Made by a program: the position numbers and the translations under genes
NCBI GenBank assembly: GCA_016926475.1
Contig: JAFGON010000023.1
Location: 559 to 64,558, forward strand
Length of the DNA stretch: 64,000 bases
Source: a candidate division WOR-3 bacterium
GTDB lineage: Bacteria > SDB-A
Direction of reading: 5' to 3'
In this document: positions 18,851 through 26,580 of the stretch, piece by piece
Layout of the letters: every line of letters starts with the position of its first letter
How positions within the stretch are numbered: position 1 is the first letter of the stretch
Notes under the pieces: model-generated
What the model saw: only the letters and a program-made list of their open reading frames with translations
What the model was told of the DNA's origin: nothing
Databases searched by the model: none

Positions 18851-20160
18851 TTCACCTTCTCGAGAACTTCGGAAATATCTGGTTTTCCGATTTCTTGGAG
18901 GTCATACTTGACCCTGACCCAGGGTATGTTTATTTTGCAGACCCTTGAAAGGTCTATAGGCGTGGCAATCACGACAATTTCTACGTCCATCGAATTTATG
19001 GTCTTTTCCAGGTCGGAAATCTGTTTTTCTCCGTAACCCATAGCCGGAAGTATCGATCCGGTTCCCGGGTACTTTTCGAAAGTATCCCTTATAGTCCCCA
19101 CCGCCCATTTTCTGGGGTCTACTATTTCTTTCGCACCGAATTTTTTAGCGGCGACAACACCCGCGCCGTAGGTCATAGATCCATGGGTGAGTGTTGGTCC
19201 GTCTTCGATAACAAGCGCCTTTTTCCCTTTGATTTTCGAACTGTCTGCCACCGTTATTGGCGATGCCGCGTCGATTATCGTAGCGTCTGGGTTGAAGGAT
19301 TCGATGTTCTTTCTGACCTCTTCGACGTCAGAGGGGACAGCGTCACCAATTTTGTTGATGACAACGACGTCAGCCATCCTGAGGTTGGTTTCTCCTGGGT
19401 GATATTTGATTTCGTGTCCAGGCCTCAGAGGATCGACAACGACTATGTGCACATCCGGCTTGAAAAAAGGCAAATCGTTGTTGCCTCCGTCCCAGAGTAT
19501 GACATCGGCTTCCTTTTCCGCCTCTCTCAGTATTCTCTCGTAATCAACTCCGGCAAAGACAGTTACACCGTTTTCAATATGAGGCTCGTATTCTTCCATT
19601 TCCTCTATGGTACAGTTGTATTTTTTTAAATCATCTTTCGTGGCAAAGCGCTGTACAGCCTGCTTTACCAAATCTCCGTAAGGCATGGGGTGTCTGACGG
19701 CCACTACCTTTTTTCCGGCTTTTAAAAGTTCAGAAGCTACTTTTCTCGTCGTCTGGCTCTTTCCGCAACCGGTCCTCACCGCACAAACGGCGACCACAGG
19801 TTTCGTGCTTTTGAGCATTGTCTTTTTTGGGCTCAAAAGCCAGAAAGAAGCTCCGCTCGCGTTGACCCTGCTGGCTATGTGCATAACGTATTCGTGGGAT
19901 ACGTCGGAATACGAAAAGACGCACACGTCTATGTTCTTTTCTTTTATCAGGTCTTCGAGCCGGTTTTCAGATTCGATTGGAATGCCTTGTGGATAAAGTT
20001 CGCCAGCGAGTTCTTTGGGATATTTTCTGTCATCGATATCTGGAATTTGAGTCGCGGTGAAACATTGAACTTTGTAATCTTTGTTGCCTCTGAAGAACAT
20101 GTTGAAGTTGTGAAAATCTCTTCCCGCCGCTCCAAGAAGTAAAACATTTTTCGCTTCCAC
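18847..20160 (-). CDS. P-loop NTPase-fold protein, possibly cyclic 2,3-diphosphoglycerate synthetase-like (start reassigned to a GTG behind AGGAGG)
   Basis: Walker A AVRTGCGKSQT. N-terminal Rossmann-like VLLLGAAGRDFHNF. caggaggaaatcGTG gives a strong RBS; the 88-codon N-terminal extension in the ORF track has no protein-like character. Confidence 0.4.
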   Translation of the reverse strand: MEAKNVLLLGAAGRDFHNFNMFFRGNKDYKVQCFTATQIPDIDDRKYPKELAGELYPQGIPIESENRLEDLIKEKNIDVCVFSYSDVSHEYVMHIASRVNASGASFWLLSPKKTMLKSTKPVVAVCAVRTGCGKSQTTRKVASELLKAGKKVVAVRHPMPYGDLVKQAVQRFATKDDLKKYNCTIEEMEEYEPHIENGVTVFAGVDYERILREAEKEADVILWDGGNNDLPFFKPDVHIVVVDPLRPGHEIKYHPGETNLRMADVVVINKIGDAVPSDVEEVRKNIESFNPDATIIDAASPITVADSSKIKGKKALVIEDGPTLTHGSMTYGAGVVAAKKFGAKEIVDPRKWAVGTIRDTFEKYPGTGSILPAMGYGEKQISDLEKTINSMDVEIVVIATPIDLSRVCKINIPWVRVKYDLQEIGKPDISEVLEKVK

Positions 20161-20306
20161 GATTTCCTCCTGCTTAACATTCAAATTGAAAAACGCAAAA
20201 CGGGGAGCTTTTTCAGAAAGCTTCAAAACCCGAAAATCATATGAGATGCCAAAAGAAGTCCATATTCTCCATAAAACAACATTCTTTGTCAAGTTTTTTT
20301 TAAAGT

Positions 20307-21452
20307 CTAAATGCCGAGAACTATTCTGAAACCGAGAGTGTTGGTCTTGATCAGAACATCGGAGAAAGACGGATCCGAAGGTCCTCTTTTCGCGCACCTT
20401 ATGTTTTCCTCGTCGTCTTCCCACGACCCTCCTCTTATCACTTTGTAGGATCCGCTTCCTGGTCCTTTTGGGTCCTGGGAGGGAGAATTTGAATAGTACT
20501 CGCTACCGTAATAATCGTTGCACCATTCCCAGACGTTTCCCGACATGTTGTAGAGGCCATAGCCGTTCGGTTCAAAAGACACAACAGGAGAAGTGTATGG
20601 GTATAAAGCATCACCCGACCAATTGCACATGCTTTGAGGCTGTTCGTCTCCCCATGGATAATAATTCCGTGCCAAACCTCCCCTTGCGGAGTATTCCCAT
20701 TCGGCTTCCGTAGGAAGTCTGTACCCTCCTGTGAACCTGCATTCCCATGTCACCGTGTCGTATTGAGGGTCAAAACCTTCAACCGAAGAAAGCCAGTTGC
20801 AGTACCTCGCCGCGTCATACCAGGATATCATCAAAACCGGGTAGTCGGGGAAACTGTCAAAATAGTTGGCCATGCCGGAAAACCCCGGATCGTAGGGGTA
20901 CTGGTACGAGTTCAAGTCGCAGAATTGTCTGTATTCGACGTTCCTGACTTCTTTTTTCGATATGTAAAACGTCGAAAGGCTCACGCTGTGGACAGGTTCC
21001 TCGTCCTGGCAATGACCCGGTTCGGTAGAGTCGCTGCCCATGAGAAAACTGCTGTCGCAGATAAGCAAAACCAGGTCGGGGTGGAGCACCGAATCAATGA
21101 TGAAATATCCCTGGTTTGTGTCGAAAACCGAACTGTCATCCGACGCTGAAATTTTTATCTTGGCTTTTGCCGTCCTGACCTTTGGGACAGTCCAAAGAGC
21201 TGACAGTCCTTCGACTGCCGTGTCGATTACAATCCACGGAGAATCGTCTGAGACCCTGTAAAACAGGTCAACGCTCTGTATGTCTCCCTCTTTAAACCAA
21301 GATATGGTATACGAACTGTCAGGTGATAAAAAATCACCTGCATCAGGATGAGTGACGGTAATTCTTTTTTCCGGTTGCGGTTCGGGTTCGGTACCTGATT
21401 TTTTTGTGCATGACAAAACAAGGATTGGCAGCAAAAACAGTATCTTACGCAT
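20307..21452 (-). CDS. formylglycine-generating-enzyme (SUMF1/FGE-sulfatase) domain lipoprotein
   Basis: Lipobox LVLSC. FGE-domain motifs GYRLPTEAEWEYSARGG, GNVWEWCNDYY and RVIRGGSW. Confidence 0.75.
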   Translation of the reverse strand: MRKILFLLPILVLSCTKKSGTEPEPQPEKRITVTHPDAGDFLSPDSSYTISWFKEGDIQSVDLFYRVSDDSPWIVIDTAVEGLSALWTVPKVRTAKAKIKISASDDSSVFDTNQGYFIIDSVLHPDLVLLICDSSFLMGSDSTEPGHCQDEEPVHSVSLSTFYISKKEVRNVEYRQFCDLNSYQYPYDPGFSGMANYFDSFPDYPVLMISWYDAARYCNWLSSVEGFDPQYDTVTWECRFTGGYRLPTEAEWEYSARGGLARNYYPWGDEQPQSMCNWSGDALYPYTSPVVSFEPNGYGLYNMSGNVWEWCNDYYGSEYYSNSPSQDPKGPGSGSYKVIRGGSWEDDEENIRCAKRGPSDPSFSDVLIKTNTLGFRIVLGI

Positions 21453-21491
21453 CTTTCCTCCGATGCTTGTCTTTTGAAAATATTATAATGT

Positions 21492-21527
21492 AAAAAAAGG
21501 GGGGTGGAAACCCCCCTTTTTACTTTT
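21492..21527. terminator. bidirectional intrinsic terminator (G6-tggaaa-C6 hairpin flanked by A7 and T-rich runs) ending the giant T9SS protein gene
   Basis: aaaaaaaggggggtggaaacccccctttttacttttt. Confidence 0.7.
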
Positions 21528-24500
21528 TACCTGACGTGCAGGAATTTCCCGTTTTCTGAGCCAAAATCAGTCCTGAGCATCCAGAAATACGTTCCAGCTG
21601 AAAGGCTTGTCCCTCTGTCGTCTTTTCCGTCCCAACTGACAATGTGAGTGCCTGCCGGCAGGAAAGTCTCGATTTCTCTGACCTGTCTTCCTGAAATGTC
21701 ATAGACCAGCCATCTAACCGAGGAATTCCCGGGGAGAGACAGCCTGATAGATACCTCGTCCATAAACACGTTGGAAGAGGCAAGTCTGACCGAAAATACT
21801 TCGCTGGGTCCGATTGCTTCTGAAGAAGACTCCATGCCCATCGTTTTTTTGGTCTTAAGCACGAGCCTGTAAGCATCCGACAAAGCGCCAGAGGAGTTTC
21901 TGCCCCCGACAAGGAAGAAATCCCGTACTTCCACGGTGTCTGAAGAACCTTCCGCTTCCCTTGCGGTTATCGAGGCGCTTGAAAGGGGAGAAGGAAGATT
22001 GTCTATTTGATACCAACCATAACCGTTTTCATAGAGGTACGAATTTGCCGAAAACACACCCGAACTCTGACCTCCCGCAAAGACCATGTATGAACCAGAT
22101 GAACCCGCGGAAATTTTACCGGTGTTTCTAAGAGGTGTTCTGTAGTCCGTGCTCCAGTTTATCACGACGGGAGAGGCCGCGCTCACCCTTCCGAAATAGA
22201 CGTTGCCCCCGTAGATATCCCCTCCGGCCAGCGCAATGCCTTCCCTTGAACTTACGGAAAGACCTCCTTCAAAACCTCCGGGAAGAGGAGAAGCCAACAT
22301 GAACTCTTCTGAATTTTCGTCAAAGAAATAACATGAAGGCTTTTCTGTCAAATTGCTCTCGATCACGTAGATGTAATCGCCTCCGATGCCTTCAAAAAAC
22401 GCCAGCACCGGCGAGTTGACGGTGTTGGGTAAGTCCTGGGTCTGGAAGCTTCCAGTTAACTTGTCAAAGATAATTAGTTTTCCGGCGAGAGAAGAGTCGG
22501 AACTCAGCATATAAACTTTGTCCGTGGCGCTGACTCCCTGAGCGTCGGTTATTTTGTAAGGAATGGAAGAAACAACCGACCAGACGTTGCCAGTGGCGTC
22601 GTATTTCATGTGAAGCGTGTCTCCGAATACATTGACATCCCCCGCGTCGTCTATCCAAGAAACAGGACCGGCGACGGCTATAGGCATGTCGGCTATCGGC
22701 TCCCATGACGGCGTGACGCATCTTACAGAGTAAATTGAGGTGTCGTTATGGGGATTCGCGTCTCCGGGGTATTCGATTATTATTTTCTTTATGTAGTGGT
22801 GGTCTTCGACAAGGTCCACGTCTCCAAAATCGACTATGACGCTGTCCAGATAAGAAAGCCCCGTGACGTCGCGGGTTTCATTCATCAGGACTGATCCGCT
22901 GTTTATGTCGGTCACGACGGCTCTTACAGAGAAGTTCGCCGTCTGAGTCCCGTTGTTTTTGACAACTTCTCTTATACTGCTAGACCCCGCGGGTTGGAAG
23001 ACACCCTGTATGTTCGGGTCTCCCCCTCCGACAAAAGCGTCTTTGTCCACCGAGGAGCTCAGGTAGATGTTGTCTATTACGCACGCGCCGTAGTTCTGGG
23101 TGGCATAGTAGGCAAAAGCCACTTCAATTTTAGAAGCGTTCGCGAACGAATCGCTTACGTCGGCTGAGTCAAGCGCCCTGAAGCTCGGAGTCGTCGCCCT
23201 GTAGTATGTCTTTATCTCCTGCCAAGCGGTCCAGGAGCCTTCTTTCAATCCGCACATCAAGACTTTTATCGAGTCGTAGGCGTTGTTGAAGCCTATCCCC
23301 CAGACAAAATACTGAAGGTCTACAGGGTTCCATTCCGCAGGCGATTTTATCGTGTCCACCAGAGGAGTGCTGTGGGATGAAGTATTGCCTATCCAAGCGC
23401 TGTAGTTTCCGGCGTTGTCGAGTTCGAGAGAACTCACTGTCCCTTCGTCTCTTATGTTCCAGCCGTTGGGCCAGTTTACGCTTACTGTGTGCGTCCAGTC
23501 CCATTTCGCCTGATCCTCGAAGTTCCAGACAACTTCCTCGAGGTATGGTCTGTTTAGAAGCCAGACATTGTCTATGCCGAAGAACCTATCGTAAGAGGGA
23601 CCTTCCCTGTGTGTGTATATCACACCGACCTGGACGCTGTCCGCGCCAAAAAGCTGGAGTATCTCCTGGTAAAACCAGTTGGGGTTTGTGTTTGTGGTGT
23701 AGAAATAAACCGCCTCCCAGTCTCCCCAGACCGTGTTTCTGAAAGTCCTCAACATGACTATGGCGGTATCGCCTTGAACGCTTGTGCTCTTTCTGAGGCA
23801 GCCTGTCCAGCATAGATACTGATAATCCACAGACACGGGGGCTGAGGGTGAAAATGTCGTGTCGCATACGTAGTTTTTCCCGGTTCCTATAGCCCACATG
23901 CTCCAATTGTCCCCACTCGTCATCTCCCATCCAGAGTACCATGAGGAGGATTTTCTCTCCCAATTCGAGGATATCTTCCACCCTTGGTTGCCGGGTTCGA
24001 ACGTCCAAGGAGGGTCGAAATAACCGGAAGCGCCTACCTCGATATAGTGCGGTGGAGACCATTGGCCTATGAGCGTTGTGTCTGACTGGATTCTAGCTCT
24101 CGTCCTTATCCCGTAAAGACCTTCGGCTGACCATTGGTGTATGGCGTTTCTGTCGGTGCTCCAACTGGAATAAGCGCTGTCGCCCCAGCTGAACTGGTAT
24201 TCGAGAGTCCCCATTCCTGTAATAGCAGAATCGGAGAGGAAAGCGTAGTTTGTCGACACGTATCCCCACGTTGGTCCGAAGGGAGGGTGTAGAGGTCCTA
24301 TCAACGGACGCATAAAAGTGTCCACCCTTATATCGTCAATGTAGAATCCTGGTCCGTTTCCTGTCGTCCCGTTGTTATCGGAGAGCCTCCAGAGAATCTG
24401 CAGATCCGTGTAGTTTTTTATACCGGTCAAATTGACGCTGTAGAGGGTCCAGTTGGACGAAGACCCCGTCCAGCCGGGCAAAGTCGCTCCCATCCAAGAT

Positions 24501-26569
24501 ACGTTGAATGTTCCCGTGTAAATCGGATTTACATTTTCGCTCGGGATCGTGTCCCAATTTCTTCCGTTGCTGTTCCATCCGCTCGGCATTGAAGCGGAGC
24601 CGTAAAACAAATCAACGCCGTCTTCGTTGTAAGCGCTTTCGTACCACATCCAGAAGAAAAGAACCGCTGAATCGGCAAAAGACGTGTTGATATCCGGAGT
24701 TCTGAACCAACTCGCATTTTGATCGTATATTCCGTCGAGGTCTGTCGCGGTGACGTTCACGCCCGACCTGGCCGACAAGGGGCCAACTACGGGTATTCCC
24801 CTCTGCCAGTCACCGGAAAAATAGTATCCGGCGGTGTCCATCTCGAACTCAAACCCGCTGTAATAAACAGTCCTGGCGTGAAGGGCGACGGTCAAATGTT
24901 CAGGAGACCACCCGGAAAGCCTTGTAGTGTCGCCGGAATCTCTGACCCTCGATCTGACGAAATACGTCCCTACCTCGTCGTAAGTTTTCTGTGCTAAGGG
25001 GTAGATATTCCATCCGGAATAGGTCCCGTCTCCCCAGTCGAATTGGTATTCGACCGCTCCAGCGACAACTTCAGAAGTGAAGTTGTATGAATTATAAGTT
25101 ATACAGGTATCCGGACCTGTCGGCGCGGTAGTGGGTCCCGGTATCAGCATAACTGTGTCGAGTCTTATATCGTCTATGTAAAAACCTGCTCTGTTTCCGG
25201 TTGTTCCGTCGTTGTCCCCGAGCCTCCAAAGAAGTCTTAAATCCGTGGCGTATTTGTACGGGGTCAGGTCCACCTGGTAGAGCGTCCAAATAGGATTCGA
25301 ACCTGTCCAGCCGGGCATGGTCGTGCTTGTCCACGTGACGTTGTAGCTGCCTGTGTATGCGGGGACTATGCTCGCGCTCGGCACGGTGTCCCAGTAATAA
25401 CCCGCGTTGTTCAGCCCCCACGTGAAGGAAGCGCTTCCTACCCAGAGGTTGACTCCGTCGTAATCCTGGCGGGAGTCATACCACATCCAGAAATCGAGGA
25501 TGACCGAATCGCACATTGAAAGGTTTACCTCGGGCGTGTTCAGCCAGCTCGCGTTCGTGTAGTAATTTTCGTTTAACCTGGTCGCCCAAACATTTCCCCC
25601 GCTTCGGGCTCTAAACGGACCTGAAAGCGGAATACCCCACTGCCAGTCCCCGAGCTGGTGCAGGCCGACGAAACCTCCGTCGTCGACTTCAAAACCCCAA
25701 TAATAAGCGGTTTTCGGAGTCACCATGACGGCGAGAAGAGGTGGGGACCAGTTTGAAACCAGCGAACTGTCGTTGGCGTCACGGATCCTGGTCTGGACGA
25801 AATACGTTCCGGGGGTGGTCCAGGAGCGGGAAGACGAGGTTGAAATATCCCACGCCGAATAGCCACCGTCCCCCCACGAGAACTGGTATTCGTAATCTCC
25901 TGGTACGACTTCCGAAGTATAGACGTAATTTGTCTCTACGAGTCCGCTGTCAGTCCCTAAAGGTGCCGTCGTTGGACCCGGGATGTTTCCCCCCTGAAAC
26001 GTCATTATTGAGATGTTGTCCAGACCCAGGTAAAAGTCGGGCCTGAGAGGGGAACCTCCCCCTCCCCTGTAGGCAAAACCTAACTGAATGGTGTCATAAC
26101 CCATTGCGTAAGATGAGATGTCGACGGAATCCCATATCGAAAGATCTGTGCCGTAATAATATTTCAACTGCTGCCAGTTCGTCCAAGCACCCGCGGCACA
26201 GCTCCGTATAAGAATTGAAGCGGTGTCGCGGTCTCTGCCAGCCCTGTAATTGTAACCTATGGAATACTTCAGCCATTGAGTGTAGAAAAGAGAGTCCGAA
26301 ATCTTGGGCGAATAGAGAGTGTCCCTGAGGACATAGTTGCCGGCTCTGTTGCTGCATATCCACATGCTCATCGTCAATGGGTCAAGAGGCCTTATGGCTT
26401 CCTGGTCGTAAACCCTCCACTGCCACCTGCGGGGCCAGTTTTGACCCTGTATTCTCTTGGCGGAGTTCCATCCGTCGGCCCAGGGATCTGTCTCAAAATC
26501 CCAGAAATGATAAGCCGACAGAGTGTAAGCTGTAATCAGCAAACTCAAAAAAATTACTATTTTTTTCAT
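21527..26569 (-). CDS. giant (~1680 aa) secreted multidomain protein with a T9SS C-terminal sorting domain, containing three tandem [PKD-like + ~190-aa] modules
   Basis: Signal peptide MKKIVIFLSLLITAYTLSA. Three PKD-like motifs (YEYQFSWGDGGYSAWD, VEYQFDWGDGTYSGWN, LEYQFSWGDSAYSSWS). Each is followed by a GxxxYYxGFE…DWQWGIP…NASW…FWMWY domain. C-terminal …VRWLVYDISGRQV…SAGTYFWMLRTDFG… is a CTD. GGAGG RBS lies inside the pilY1-like stop region. Confidence 0.65.
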   Translation of the reverse strand: MKKIVIFLSLLITAYTLSAYHFWDFETDPWADGWNSAKRIQGQNWPRRWQWRVYDQEAIRPLDPLTMSMWICSNRAGNYVLRDTLYSPKISDSLFYTQWLKYSIGYNYRAGRDRDTASILIRSCAAGAWTNWQQLKYYYGTDLSIWDSVDISSYAMGYDTIQLGFAYRGGGGSPLRPDFYLGLDNISIMTFQGGNIPGPTTAPLGTDSGLVETNYVYTSEVVPGDYEYQFSWGDGGYSAWDISTSSSRSWTTPGTYFVQTRIRDANDSSLVSNWSPPLLAVMVTPKTAYYWGFEVDDGGFVGLHQLGDWQWGIPLSGPFRARSGGNVWATRLNENYYTNASWLNTPEVNLSMCDSVILDFWMWYDSRQDYDGVNLWVGSASFTWGLNNAGYYWDTVPSASIVPAYTGSYNVTWTSTTMPGWTGSNPIWTLYQVDLTPYKYATDLRLLWRLGDNDGTTGNRAGFYIDDIRLDTVMLIPGPTTAPTGPDTCITYNSYNFTSEVVAGAVEYQFDWGDGTYSGWNIYPLAQKTYDEVGTYFVRSRVRDSGDTTRLSGWSPEHLTVALHARTVYYSGFEFEMDTAGYYFSGDWQRGIPVVGPLSARSGVNVTATDLDGIYDQNASWFRTPDINTSFADSAVLFFWMWYESAYNEDGVDLFYGSASMPSGWNSNGRNWDTIPSENVNPIYTGTFNVSWMGATLPGWTGSSSNWTLYSVNLTGIKNYTDLQILWRLSDNNGTTGNGPGFYIDDIRVDTFMRPLIGPLHPPFGPTWGYVSTNYAFLSDSAITGMGTLEYQFSWGDSAYSSWSTDRNAIHQWSAEGLYGIRTRARIQSDTTLIGQWSPPHYIEVGASGYFDPPWTFEPGNQGWKISSNWERKSSSWYSGWEMTSGDNWSMWAIGTGKNYVCDTTFSPSAPVSVDYQYLCWTGCLRKSTSVQGDTAIVMLRTFRNTVWGDWEAVYFYTTNTNPNWFYQEILQLFGADSVQVGVIYTHREGPSYDRFFGIDNVWLLNRPYLEEVVWNFEDQAKWDWTHTVSVNWPNGWNIRDEGTVSSLELDNAGNYSAWIGNTSSHSTPLVDTIKSPAEWNPVDLQYFVWGIGFNNAYDSIKVLMCGLKEGSWTAWQEIKTYYRATTPSFRALDSADVSDSFANASKIEVAFAYYATQNYGACVIDNIYLSSSVDKDAFVGGGDPNIQGVFQPAGSSSIREVVKNNGTQTANFSVRAVVTDINSGSVLMNETRDVTGLSYLDSVIVDFGDVDLVEDHHYIKKIIIEYPGDANPHNDTSIYSVRCVTPSWEPIADMPIAVAGPVSWIDDAGDVNVFGDTLHMKYDATGNVWSVVSSIPYKITDAQGVSATDKVYMLSSDSSLAGKLIIFDKLTGSFQTQDLPNTVNSPVLAFFEGIGGDYIYVIESNLTEKPSCYFFDENSEEFMLASPLPGGFEGGLSVSSREGIALAGGDIYGGNVYFGRVSAASPVVINWSTDYRTPLRNTGKISAGSSGSYMVFAGGQSSGVFSANSYLYENGYGWYQIDNLPSPLSSASITAREAEGSSDTVEVRDFFLVGGRNSSGALSDAYRLVLKTKKTMGMESSSEAIGPSEVFSVRLASSNVFMDEVSIRLSLPGNSSVRWLVYDISGRQVREIETFLPAGTHIVSWDGKDDRGTSLSAGTYFWMLRTDFGSENGKFLHVR

Positions 26570-26580
26570 CTTCCCCTCCA

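Noticed and set aside
20195-20235. Weak hairpin (AGCTTT-ttcag-AAAGCT) downstream of the FGE lipoprotein gene as a terminator
   Set aside because: The stem is only 6 bp and AT-rich with a modest T-tract. It is plausible but not strong enough to call.
20161-20424. 88-codon N-terminal extension of the P-loop protein ORF (MGRRRGKHKV…)
   Set aside because: It is non-protein-like, overlaps the 3' end of the FGE lipoprotein gene, and a GTG with a perfect AGGAGG RBS lies at 20160.
22464-26363. Several 60-160-aa Arg-rich ORFs on both strands inside 21527-26581 (e.g. 23169-23504, 23586-24062, 26094-26363)
   Set aside because: All lie inside the giant CTD protein gene in alternative frames. They are consistent with the GC-rich, W/Y/G-rich sense coding, not with independent genes.
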